Of a stretch of DNA of 64,000 nt, positions 13,581-24,599 are shown in pieces (position 1 is the first letter of the stretch; every line of letters starts with the position of its first letter). Position numbers and translations under genes: made by a program. This DNA is from Octopus sinensis (taxonomy: Eukaryota), in the NCBI RefSeq assembly GCF_006345805.1, contig NC_043012.1, positions 33,728,001 to 33,792,000 of the forward strand. Reading direction: 5' to 3'. Below the pieces are notes generated by a model. The model worked only from the letters and a program-made list of their open reading frames with translations, was not told the origin of the DNA and ran no database searches.

Positions 13581-13887
13581 GAATACAAATACATGCACAC
13601 AAACACGCATGCAGACACACACACACACACACACACACACACCCACACACTCACTCACATGTATACACACACATACATAAACAGTGGAATTTCAAACACT
13701 TGTGAACAACTTATTCTACAAGTATAAAGAAAAGTCACTAAATTCCTGTAAGTACGTATTAGAAAGTGTTCTGACTAAATTTGACAGTTCGCACGAAAGG
13801 AAAAGACAATATTCCAAGCAAAAATAAAAGTTCGTATTTGTATTTGGTCTGCAAGATTCTTGATGTGAACTCGTGTGCTGAAAGAAA

Positions 13888-14132
13888 TATTTTGAATCTT
13901 GGGCGAGGCATTACGCTGATAATAATAAACACATGCACTGATTTGGTCCTTTATTGTTACTGATAGTAAATGGGTTAGTTACTCCACTAACAAATTTATC
14001 GATCAGAACAGTTGATCGATAAATTTGTTAGTGGAGTAACAACCCATTAGCCAACAAAAACAATAAAGGACTGAACCAATGCGTGTATTTATTATTACCA
14101 GCATTATGCCCCTCCCAAGGTTCAATAAATAT
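13888..14132. repeat. About 245-bp imperfect palindrome with perfect 28-bp inner arms
   Basis: 13978-14005 is the exact reverse complement of 14013-14040; outer arms clearly related but diverged. Confidence 0.9.
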
Positions 14133-14164
14133 AAAAATATCTTTTTTTAAAATCAAAACATTAT

Positions 14165-14920
14165 CAACTAGATTATGGCTGGGAGATTCTTTTGAGTTTT
14201 GTCAAAGTAGCCGTCTTCAGGTTCCACCATGTCCTCAAGGCAGCTCTGGAAAATGACTCATGTGTTCCCCCTTGTGTCCCCGAGAAGATTTTCAAACACC
14301 TCTCTGCTCTTGGCCACCAGCTTGACATTGTCGTTACAGGCAGAGCGGTTAGTGTCTTTCTCAAGTGCGCCCCACAGTAATCCGTGGTATTACAATCGGA
14401 GGAAACAGAAAGCCAGAAATTGGAGCTGGTGAAGTCGTTCAAATTCTCCAACAACTTCTGATTCTTATCACATGTATGGCAAAGAGCTGACCCCCCTCCC
14501 CCGCTACACATACGACCTTCCAGCAGCAACCCTCTCTGGTCAGAGATTGACCATAGTCTCCAGTAGCTTCACATAGCCATCTGAATCCAGCCTGGGGCCG
14601 TGTTCAAAGATACGGTGGTGAATGTTGGTGTGCGGGCGTAGACTTCGTTGCAGAAGTCCGTGTTACAACATACAGCCTTTACAGTGTTCGCAGAGCATTG
14701 AGCAGCAGTCAAGATGTCGGCGTTCTCATATCCGGCGCGAATCATCATGCTACAGGTAACTCTTTTCCAATATTCAGATGGTTTCCAGGCCCTCATATCA
14801 CCTAACTTTTTTCTCAACAACAACTTCAATTTTACACTCCAACACCGTTTACCAGTACTTCAAGCTGTTCCTGAAAAAAGGGGACATAATATATCGCCAA
14901 ATTTAGCCGGAATGCCCTGT
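14165..14920 (-). mobile_element. Internally deleted Tc1/mariner transposon, maT/DD37D-like
   Basis: N-term KPSEYWKRVTCSMMIRAGYENADI; C-term across frameshifts NFWLSVSSDCNTTDY/WGALEKDTNRSAC...EDGYFD; one TIR-like end (minus strand cagggcattccggctaaattt) at about 14899-14919. Confidence 0.75.
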
Positions 14921-15329
14921 CCATGTATTATATAGTGATATGGCACATGAAATATGGTGCTTGAATAAGATACGAAAGACAGAAAAAGCAACCGGGATAA
15001 AAATGACGGAACGAAACCCATGAACTTAAACTTAAATCTATGTCAATTAAAAAACAGATGAAGTATTTCTAGGAATAAATCATTCAAAAACAAAAATGCT
15101 TTAAGTTAAGGTCACGATGTGTACACCATGAATTTCATAATGTGAGTTTAACGTGAGCTCAATACAAAAGTAATGTAACAAATGGTTTAGAAGCGTGACC
15201 TCTGAAAAGGTCAATGCCGTCTAAAATTAAAACTAAATTAAAAGTGGTTGTTAGATTCATGAACATAATACGTTGATATGTTATATTTCTATTTACATCA
15301 ACACCACATATTTTATACAATCGTACCCA

Positions 15330-16330
15330 ATAAAAACACACATGAGTTATAGAGCAAATATCAATGTAAGCTCTATTTGTAATAACTAATAACAATTTCT
15401 CATAAAATGGAATGGGACAATTTCATTGAAAGAAAATTAGGTAAAACCGTCTACACATAAAAGCAGTGACTGAAACGAATTGAAGCTTGGCAAGTTGATC
15501 CATGTTATGTAAATCATCCAAGATTCCTCAAATGATATAAAAATGCAACACGACAGAGATGAATTCACAATGTGTGGGCCTTCAACACAACGAAAATACT
15601 TCAGCGAATGACCATACATAGACAAATAACGCATTACAACAAATCAAAGACAACTTCAAAGGAAGGGAAATCTAAAATTCAAGACGACCAGAGACAGAAG
15701 TCTTCATAAAGACTTTTTGACCAAATACACGGCCTTAAGAAATGGTATTCTTGCCTTAACAACTGGGGGAAAGCCACACAACAGAGGCACCAACATTAAA
15801 ATTATAGAAGACCTAACGGAAACAATAAGGAAAGGAAAAGAGACCGTAATTGATTAACGTGGGTGAACATTATCACATTCCCAAGGGGAACTCAAACTTT
15901 GCAAAGGAATATATGTTACAGAGACTTGAAAGAAATTCTGTCAACAGAAACAAACCCCCTCTCCCAAAACATCAACGAACCTATTGACCTATTGTATTCA
16001 AAAACAGTCATCGAATGAGACTGGGTTTGTTCCAAATAGAGTCAGACCTCACTGAATGCTATTCCAAAATATATAAAATTGAGTGAAAATGTCATCCATA
16101 AAATTAATATATTTTCTAAGCGAAATGGAAACGAGAAACAAGAGGAAATGGAATGGGACAAGTCATTCAAAGTAAAACAACCGACCACACATAAAAACTT
16201 GCCCTGCTTTAATTCGCTTCAACGAATTAAAGCAGGGCAAGTTGATCCATGTTATGTAAATCACCCGAGACTCTACAAATAAAGTTGTAAGATCACTTGA
16301 CATTTAAACAGTTAAATTCCAATGAAATAT
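15330..16330 (+). pseudogene. Highly decayed LINE-like coding remnant with internal diverged duplication (15390-15540 vs 16140-16285)
   Basis: Repeated MEWD...QVDPCYVNHPR peptide; clade (L1/Tx1?) uncertain. Confidence 0.35.
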
Positions 16331-16548
16331 GATGCAGAATAAATAAATAATGGATGATAATAGTGAGGTTGGAAGCCCTAAAAGCTTTACACTGATTTCA
16401 ATGATTAGATTGGGACCGAGTTGGGGCACCTTCAAGGGTTTCAATCGAATATAAGAAGCCCAGTACTATATGTTTGGTACTACTTAGTTTAATTGATGGT
16501 AGGTAAGATTAATGTATGACATGGTTGTATATTTCCACCACTATCACC

Positions 16549-16795
16549 GTGGAGGCATATGGCCTAGTGGTTAGGGCAGCGGACTCGCAGTCGAGGAATC
16601 ACGTGTTCGAATCTCAGATCGGACGATGTGTGTGTTTATGAGGGAAACACCTAAGCTCCACGCGGTTCCGGCAGAAGGTAATGGCGAACTTCTGCTGGCT
16701 CTTTCATCACAACTTTCTCTTGCAGCTCACCTGTGACGGACCGGCGTCCCGTCCATGTGGGGAACCTATACGCCAGGCATGGCTCGAGAAGGAAC
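16549..16795 (+). mobile_element. SINE family C
   Basis: gtggaggcatatggcctagtggttagggcagcggactcgc head. Confidence 0.85.
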
Positions 16796-18002
16796 GACAA
16801 CCACTATCACCACCACCATCACCTTATCGTTGGGGGGGGGGGGGGATTTAGCAGAGCCATTTTGTTATAAGTATTGAGACCGGATCTTTAATCGGAAGAT
16901 AACTTTCTCTTCTCGCCACTCTCAGAGATTCTAGAAACGGTCAAAGTTGCGTCTCCTTCTGTTCCTCATTAAACAATTGATAGAAAGACAACAACAAAAA
17001 AATTACATAAACGTCATGAAGCGAAACTCCACAAATATTTTTGTACGACGCACCGAGTTAGCTATCATAAGTTTCTTCTCTCTCTCTCTCTCTCTTTCTC
17101 GTATGTGTGTGATTGTGTGTGTGACTGTGTGCGTGTTTAGGTAGATCTGATGGGCTTCAATACAGTTTCCCTCATCAAAATTTCACTTAGAAACTGACTC
17201 GTAGCCTTGTCGTGTTCCTAAGACGCAGCTGGATCGAACCCACACCTACGTGGTTACTACAAAGCCGTGCCTACGTCGCCATCGGTAATCAGAACAAACG
17301 TATCATCAGTCAATTAAGACCTGATCCAGTACACATATTTCTGCTCTTGACGTATTTCCCATCAATGTACGAGTCGGGTTTAATGATTGACAATATTGAT
17401 TAATCATTAATAGACTCCATGGATTCCAAACATTGGGGTGTATTTGTGACTGTTGATACTGTTGCTGTTGGCTGTTGCTTTTTGTTTTGTTTTGTTTTTT
17501 TTCGTTTTTTTGTTTTGTTTTTCATTAATACATAAGGTATTTATTTATTAACATCGTAAAGAGGTTAATGGCGGCAGTTTAGATCCACTTAACTAATTAA
17601 TTAACACCTGACAGACGAGCAACAAGAATAAATGTTCAGCTTGTCAGCATATTTACCCGTTTCTCCCTCCCTCACACATACTGTCTGTTCTCTATCACTA
17701 CCACCGCTACCACTACTACCACCATCACCGCCTCTCCTTCACTCTCGGTCTCTAAACATTGTTTCGTACTGATTGCATTTATTGCGTAGCCATGTTGTTG
17801 CACTTGTGTTAGAGCTGACAGAATTACCACCCAATGTACAGTCGCACTAAACTATGGAACAGATTTGGTGCAGAGCGCATGAGGAAGGAATACCGACGTG
17901 CCGTGTAATGGATCGAGAAAGTAGCCGTGATATTACGTGTGCGGTACTCTTCGTTCTCAAACAAAATTGTAATTGCTCACAGAGGGTGGAGGCACATGGC
18001 CT

Positions 18003-18510
18003 GGCGGCAAGCTGGCAGAAACGTTAGCACGTCGGGCGAAATGCTTAGCCGTATTTCGTCTGCCGTTACGTTGTGAGTTCAAATTCCGCCGAGGTCGACT
18101 TTGCCTTTCATCCTTTCGGGGTCGATAAATTAAGTACCAGTTACGCACTGGGGTCGATGTAATCGACTTAATACCCATGTCTGTCCTTGTTTGTCCCTTC
18201 TATGTTTAGCCCCTTGTGGGTAATAAAGAAATGGGTTAGAGCAGCAGACTCGCGGTCGAGGGATCGCGGGTTCGAATCTCAGACCGGACGATGTGTGTGT
18301 TTATGAGCGGAAACACCTAAGCTCCACGCGGCTCCGGCAGAAGGTAACGGCGAACTTTTGCTGACTCTTTCGCCACAATTTTCTCTCACTCTTTCCTCCT
18401 GCATCTTGCAGCTCACCTGCGACGGACCGGCGTCCCGTCCAGGTGGGGAACCTATACGCCAAGGAAACCGGGAAACCGGCCCTTATGAGCCAGGCATGGT
18501 TCGAAAAGGA
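18003..18510 (+). mobile_element. SINE B (18003-18232) fused to 5'-clipped SINE C (18233-18510)
   Basis: B tail aaagaaatgg runs directly into gttagagcagcagactcgcgg. Confidence 0.85.
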
Positions 18511-18982
18511 ACAAAAAACAAACAGAGGAAGTTACGAAAAACATCGCTGAAAGGTTTAAGCCTAACGTCAACAACTCGTTATATTAAGCCCCATAGATGT
18601 GCTCCCTCAACTTAACGGATACTTGGATCGAAACAATAGCAACTAGCTGTGCAGCTTTACTAATTTCTATATTGGATAATCAGAGAAGAAAAGAAAGACG
18701 TGAAAATAGAGTTTGGTACTTCGATGTGGCTGTGGGGTTAAAAAGCTTGCTACGTAACAATGAAGTTTCAAGTTCGATTTTACTGTGCAGCACCTTAAGC
18801 ACCTTAAGAGTCTCGCCTAACAAAAATCTTCAGTCCCCGGGTTTAATCGCAATGCATGACACTTGAACAAGTGTCTTCTACTGTAGCATCAGGCTGACTA
18901 AAGCCTTATGAAAGGATTTGGTAGATGGAAACTGAAAGAAACCCATGGTTATATATACATACGTACGTACATACATACACAG

Positions 18983-19018
<36 letters not shown>

Positions 19019-19538
19019 GTATATATACAGAGAGAGAAAGCGAGGAACAGGCAGACAGACAGACTGAGAGTGAGTTTTCAGTGAAGTGAAAATTATGTCG
19101 ATTAAAAAAGAACAACCAACAAGTATAAAAAATAGTATTAGTTTTCGATAACTATCGTTTCCTTCTGTTAAAGAGATGCTAACCTGATGTGGCTTTCAGC
19201 AGATTATGTTCAGCTAATAGACACTAAATCCGCAGATGCTGGGAGATTTTGGCTCGTTGCAGTCATATCTTCTTGCTTATCAGAACCGACGAATCTCTTC
19301 TGTTGCCCTGTCTCCTCATAACGTAGCTTTCTGCAATGGCAGCTATGCGTTGTGTGAAGGCATTTGTTGAATAAATGTCGAAAACTGTGATGTGAGTTGT
19401 CGTTGATAAGAATGTCTTTGTTTTCCAACTGAATAACCTCATTTTCACGACGTATATGCTTACATTTTTCATCTTGACATTCAGACATAGGACACCCGAG
19501 AACGATCGCCTATCAAAACTATCAAAATCTGGCAGACG

Positions 19539-19617
<79 letters not shown>

Positions 19618-19618
<1 letters not shown>

Positions 19619-19805
19619 GTCTGGATAGATTCCTTCAAAGAATTCCAGATAAGCCACCCATAATTGGATACAACTCACTACTTGAATGGACTATAAACAA
19701 AACTTGACTTAAACAGGATTCGAATAATCCTATCAGGTGGTGCTATTAAGTTAGACATGGCCTGGACCAATCTTTGGTCGAAACATATCTAAGTTTATCT
19801 AAGTT
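19618..19805 (+). mobile_element. CR1/L2-group LINE 3' end
   Basis: LDRFLQRIPDKPPIIGYNSLLEW*, GACC/GGTC stem-loop, (atctaagttt)2 tail. Confidence 0.7.
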
Positions 19806-20033
19806 TATATATATATATTTATAAACAAGAAGGGTAGTAATATTATTTACTACCAGGTGCCCAGCACAAAAGACGAATTAGTCATAAGACAAAAATATTA
19901 TTCATATAGAAAAATATTATTCATGTAGTTATACAATTAAGGGGTCCTAAATTAAGATGCCGAGTGCTGGGAACACAAAAAGGGGATGAATTTATCGAGA
20001 GTGAAAATCAAAAACGTTTACCGATAACTTAAC

Positions 20034-20109
20034 AACTCGAACCGCGGTTTCTGCTTCTTTCTAGCAAAACACAGAATATGTTTGCTAAGGCTAGCTTCGT
20101 CAGCGAGTC
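20034..20109 (-). ncRNA. Type I hammerhead ribozyme fold, copy 1
   Basis: GACTCG-CTGACGA-stem II-GAAA-CCGCGG-TT-CGAGTT on minus strand. Confidence 0.7.
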
Positions 20110-20477
20110 GCCTAAATTGAATCGAGGTCTGCAGCGATGTGGGACCATGTGTTGGTCCCGACTACTAGCAGATCTTAACTTTTCAAATCTCTGCGCAGAC
20201 GCAAAACTTACACGGCAGTATAGGGCATGCCGGGAAGAATTTTACGAATAAATCCATCATGTAATATGCGAATATAAACAAGAAGGGTAGTAATATTATT
20301 TACTACCAGGTGCCCAGCACAAAAGACGAATTAGTCATAAGACAAAAATATTATTCATATTATTCATGTAGTTATACAATTAAGGGCTCCTAAATTAAGA
20401 TGCCGAGTGCTGGGAACACAAAAAGGGGATGAATTTATCGAGAGTGAAAATCAAAAACGTTTACCGATAACTTTAAC

Positions 20478-20553
20478 AACTCGAACCGCGGTTTCTGCTT
20501 CTTTCTAGCAAAACACAGAATATGTTTGCTAAGGCTAGCTTCGTCAGCGAGTC
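20478..20553 (-). ncRNA. Type I hammerhead ribozyme fold, copy 2
   Basis: Identical to copy 1. Confidence 0.7.
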
Positions 20554-20931
20554 GCCTAAATTGAATCGAGGTCTGCAGCGATGTGGGACCATGTGTTGGT
20601 CCCGACTACTAGCAGATCTTAACTTTTCAAATCTCTGCGCAGACGCAAAACTTACACGGCAGTATAGGGCATGCCGTGAAGAATTTTACGAATAAATCCA
20701 TCATGTAATATGCGAATATAAACAAGAAGGGTAGTAATATTATTTACTACCAGGTGCCCAGCACAAAAGACGAATTAGTCATAAGACAAAAATATTATTC
20801 ATATAGAAAAATATTATTCATGTAATTATACAATTAAGGGCTCCTAAATTAAGATGCCGTGTGCTGGGAACACAAAAAGGGGATGAATTTATCGAGAGTG
20901 AAAATCAAAAACGTTTACCGATAACTTTAAC

Positions 20932-21007
20932 AACTCGAACCGCGGTTTCTGCTTCTTTCTAGCAAAACACAGAATATGTTTGCTAAGGCTAGCTTCGTCA
21001 GCGAGTC
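20932..21007 (-). ncRNA. Type I hammerhead ribozyme fold, copy 3
   Basis: Identical to copy 1. Confidence 0.7.
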
Positions 21008-21385
21008 GCCTAAATTGAATCGAGGTCTGCAGCGATGTGGGACCATGTGTTGGTCCCGACTACTAGCAGATCTTAACTTTTCAAATCTCTGCGCAGACGC
21101 AAAACTTACACGGCAGTATAGGGCATGCCGGGAAGAATTTTACGAATAAATCCATCATGTAATATGCGAATATAAACAAGAAGGGTAGTAATTTTATTTA
21201 CTACCAGGTGCCCAGCACAAAAGACGAATTAGTCATAAGACAAAAATGTTATTCATATAGAAAAATATTATTCATGTAGTTATACAATTAAGGGCTCCTA
21301 AATTAAGATGCCGAGTGCTGGGAACACAAAAAGGGGATGAATTTATCGAGAGTGAAAATCAAAAACGTTTACCGATAACTTTAAC

Positions 21386-21461
21386 AACTCGAACCGCGGT
21401 TTCTGCTTCTTTCTAGCAAAACACAGAATATGTTTGCTAAGGCTAGCTTCGTCAGCGAGTC
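21386..21461 (-). ncRNA. Type I hammerhead ribozyme fold, copy 4
   Basis: Identical to copy 1. Confidence 0.7.
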
Positions 21462-22060
21462 GCCTAAATTGAATCGAGGTCTGCAGCGATGTGGGACCAT
21501 GTGTTGGTCCCGACTACTAGCAGATCTTAACTTTTCAAATCTCTGCGCAGACGCAAAACTTACACGGCAGTATAGGGCATGCCGTGAAGAATTTTACGAA
21601 TAAATCCATCATGTAATATGCGAATATAAACAAGAAGGGTAGTAATATTATTTACTACCAGGTGCCCAGCACAAAAGACGAATTAGTCATAAGACAAAAA
21701 TATTATTCATATAGAAAAATATTATTCATGTAGTTATACAATTAAGGGCTCCTAAATTAAGATGCCGAGTGCTACATGAATAATATAACTACATGAATAA
21801 TATTTTTCTATATGAATAATATTTTTGTCTTATGACTAATTCGTCTTTTGTGCTGGGCACCTGGTAGTAAATAATATTACTACCCTTCTTGTTTATATTC
21901 GCATATTACATGATGGATTTATTCGTAAAATTCTTCCCGGCATGCCCTATACTGCCGTGTAAGTTTTGCGTCTGCGCAGAGATTTGAAAAGTTAAGATCT
22001 GCTAGTAGTCGGGACCAACACATGGTCCCACATCGCTGCAGACCTCGATTCAATTTAGGC

Positions 22061-22136
22061 GACTCGCTGACGAAGCTAGCCTTAGCAAACATATTCTGTG
22101 TTTTGCTAGAAAGAAGCAGAAACCGCGGTTCGAGTT
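22061..22136 (+). ncRNA. Type I hammerhead ribozyme fold, copy 5
   Basis: Stem I 22061-66/22131-36, CTGACGA 22067-73, GAAA 22119-22, predicted cut after 22130. Confidence 0.7.
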
Positions 22137-22513
22137 GTTAAAGTTATCGGTAAACGTTTTTGATTTTCACTCTCGATAAATTCATCCCCTTTTTGTGTTC
22201 CCAGCACTCGGCATCTTAATTTAGGAGCCCTTAATTGTATAACTACATGAATAATATTTTTCTATATGAATAATATTTTTGTCTTATGACTAATTCGTCT
22301 TTTGTGCTGGGCACCTGGTAGTAAATAATATTACTACCCTTCTTGTTTATATTCGCATATTACATGATGGATTTATTCGTAAAATTCTTCCCGGCTACCC
22401 TATACTGCCGTGTAAGTTTTGCGTCTGCGCAGAGATTTGAAAAGTTAAGATCTGCTAGTAGTCGGGACCAACACATGGTCCCACATCGCTGCAGACCTCG
22501 ATTCAATTTAGGC

Positions 22514-22589
22514 GACTCGCTGACGAAGCTAGCCTTAGCAAACATATTCTGTGTTTTGCTAGAAAGAAGCAGAAACCGCGGTTCGAGTT
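22514..22589 (+). ncRNA. Type I hammerhead ribozyme fold, copy 6
   Basis: Identical to copy 5. Confidence 0.7.
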
Positions 22590-22708
22590 GTTAAAGTTAT
22601 CGGTAAACGTTTTTGATTTTCACTCTCGATAAATACATCCCCTTTTTGTGTTCCCAGCACTCGGCATCTTAATTTAGGAGCCCTTAATTGTATATATATA
22701 TATTTATA

Positions 22709-22960
22709 TATATTGTATTTTGGAATGGTTATTTTGCCAGTTTAGCCCAAAAAAAAACACACGCACTATATATTTGGTGTCAATTTGCTTCAGCGTTATT
22801 TATTTTTTACATTAATCTTAATCTTATTTCAGCCAGAGTTCTTTCGTCACACTTCTGTGACCTCATCAGTGGTCGTTATTCGCTAAACTGGCAAAATGAC
22901 TATTCCTAAATACAACAATATCTGTTTCAACACACGATTTCACATCAAAAATCTTGCAAA
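22709..22960 (-). mobile_element. PLE 3'-terminal (pLTR) fragment between TA runs
   Basis: Homologous to 49282-49440 at the 3' end of the Neptune-type element. Confidence 0.7.
22833..22872 (-). ncRNA. Minimal type I hammerhead ribozyme
   Basis: CCA-CTGATGA-G-GTCAC-agaagt-GTGAC-GAAA-GAAC-TC-TGG. Confidence 0.75.
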
Positions 22961-22963
22961 ACA

Positions 22964-23025
<62 letters not shown>

Positions 23026-23077
23026 GTATATATATACATATATATATATATTTATATATATATACATATATATATAT

Positions 23078-23285
23078 ATGTGTGTGTGTGTATTTGTATG
23101 TGTTTGTACCCCCACCATCACTTGACAGCCGATGGTTGATGGGTTTATGTCCCCGTAACTTAGTGGTTCGGCAAAAGAAAACGATAGAATATGTGCAAGG
23201 TTTACAAAGAATAAGTCCTCGGGTGGATTTGTTTGACTAAAGGAGTGTTCTAGCATGGCCGCAGTCAAAGTAAAAGAGTAAAAGA

Positions 23286-23290
<5 letters not shown>
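23078..23290 (+). mobile_element. SINE family A, 3' half
   Basis: Core and tail match. Confidence 0.85.
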
Positions 23291-23328
<38 letters not shown>

Positions 23329-23334
23329 ATATAG

Positions 23335-23480
23335 TTCAAATTTACAGAAAACAAAAGACGAAGATCGGTTAAGGAACAATAAGCGGTTGTATTAAGTTAA
23401 CGGTCGGGAAGAATAGAAAAGCCTTCGACGTTTCTAGCCTACGCTCTTCGACAGAACAAAGGTGGGGAGAGAAAACACCG
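23335..23480 (-). mobile_element. PLE-type terminal fragment with degenerate HHR-like core
   Basis: CTGTCGA-AGAGCGTAGGCTA-GAAACGTC on minus strand. Confidence 0.5.
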
Positions 23481-23989
23481 CGTAGGTTTTGTGTGTGTGT
23501 GTGTGTCTGCGTGTGTGTGTGTCTGCGTGTGTGTGTGTCTGCGTGCGTGTACACAAACGAATAACAGACGATGTATAGCTGTCAGCTCATTACAGCTGCT
23601 TCTTACGCATTTTTTTAAATAGAAGAATGAGAAAATTACTCCATAACTAAAAAGATAATATTACAAACAAAAGAATATCCCAAGAATACACCAAGAACGT
23701 GACTGAAGTCTGTCGAGGCTAACTTTTCATAGTCAGCCGGGACAGACATAGTTAGCCCAACAACATACAGTTCAACGTAACGCGCGCATTAGACCAGCCC
23801 CTAGGCGCTAAAAACTCATACGGTCGGTTTTCTCTGTGTAGACATTGGGAATATCCTTTTGATGCTTACCAACCATAGGCCGGAACCACTGGTTTATCCA
23901 ATCCTACCTGATGCATATCTTTTTAAGTACCTAATTCTATCTGCATCCTTATTTTACTATAAATATTTGTATGTATGTAAGTATGTATG

Positions 23990-24046
<57 letters not shown>

Positions 24047-24139
24047 GTATATGTATGTATATGTATACATACATACATACATACATACATACATACATAC
24101 ATACATACATACATACATACATACATACATACATACGTA

Positions 24140-24320
24140 TATATTCTCTTCTTTTTTCTCTCCTTGCTTCTCTCCTTTTTTTTCTGTGTCCCTTTCTGTA
24201 GAAGAGCGTAGGCTCGAAACGTAAAAGACTTTTTCTATTCCTGAGCGTTATACTAATACATCTTTTTGTTTTGTACACCACCTGTCTTCTTCTTTTGTTT
24301 TTTCGTAAACTCTCCCTATA
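24140..24320 (+). mobile_element. PLE-type terminal fragment with minimal HHR variant (24192-24227)
   Basis: CTTT-CTGTAGA-A-GAGC-gtag-GCTC-GAAA-CG-TA-AAAG; set in (TACA)/(TATG) repeats. Confidence 0.6.
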
Positions 24321-24338
24321 TGTATGTATGTATGTATG

Positions 24339-24370
<32 letters not shown>

Positions 24371-24599
24371 TGTATGTATGTATGCATGTATGTATGTATG
24401 TATTTATGTATGTATGGTTGTATGTATGCATATTGGATTTTGAAATATGTTGCTGTTTTTATACAATTCACATGCTCTTTAAACCAAAGCCGAAAACCTC
24501 GTAACCCGCAATATAAAATTTTATCTACATTCAGATTCGATGTTTTTGTATTTGGTTTGCAAAATTCTTTGTGACACCTACCAAAAAAAAACTGTTCTA

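Larger units (their letters stand above)
19806..22708. mobile_element. Retrozyme-like / PLE-dependent concatemer: 454-bp monomer x4.3 plus inverted x2.0, flanked by 18-bp direct repeat
   Basis: Unit starts at 19821, 20274, 20718, 21172, 21626; inverted units at 21784, 22238; tatatatatatatttata at 19806-19823 and 22691-22708; HHR fold in each unit. Confidence 0.85.

Noticed and set aside
17780-17960. CpG-rich unique stretch, possible exon or regulatory element
   Set aside because: No frame gives a recognisable peptide
19210-19488. 92-aa minus-strand ORF of ordinary composition
   Set aside because: No recognisable homology or splice context; could be a host exon but cannot be supported without RNA-seq
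20134-20170. Helitron 3' end (GGGACCA hairpin then CTAG) in the monomer
   Set aside because: CTAG is not followed by T or TC and array ends do not map there
22343-22594. 83-aa and 61-aa ORFs in the 454-bp monomer
   Set aside because: They depend on a private indel in one unit; other units give 57 aa; no Rep, RT or other motif
19821-22694. CRISPR array, rDNA or NUMT interpretation of the tandem array
   Set aside because: No repeat-spacer alternation and no recognisable rRNA, tRNA or mitochondrial gene sequence
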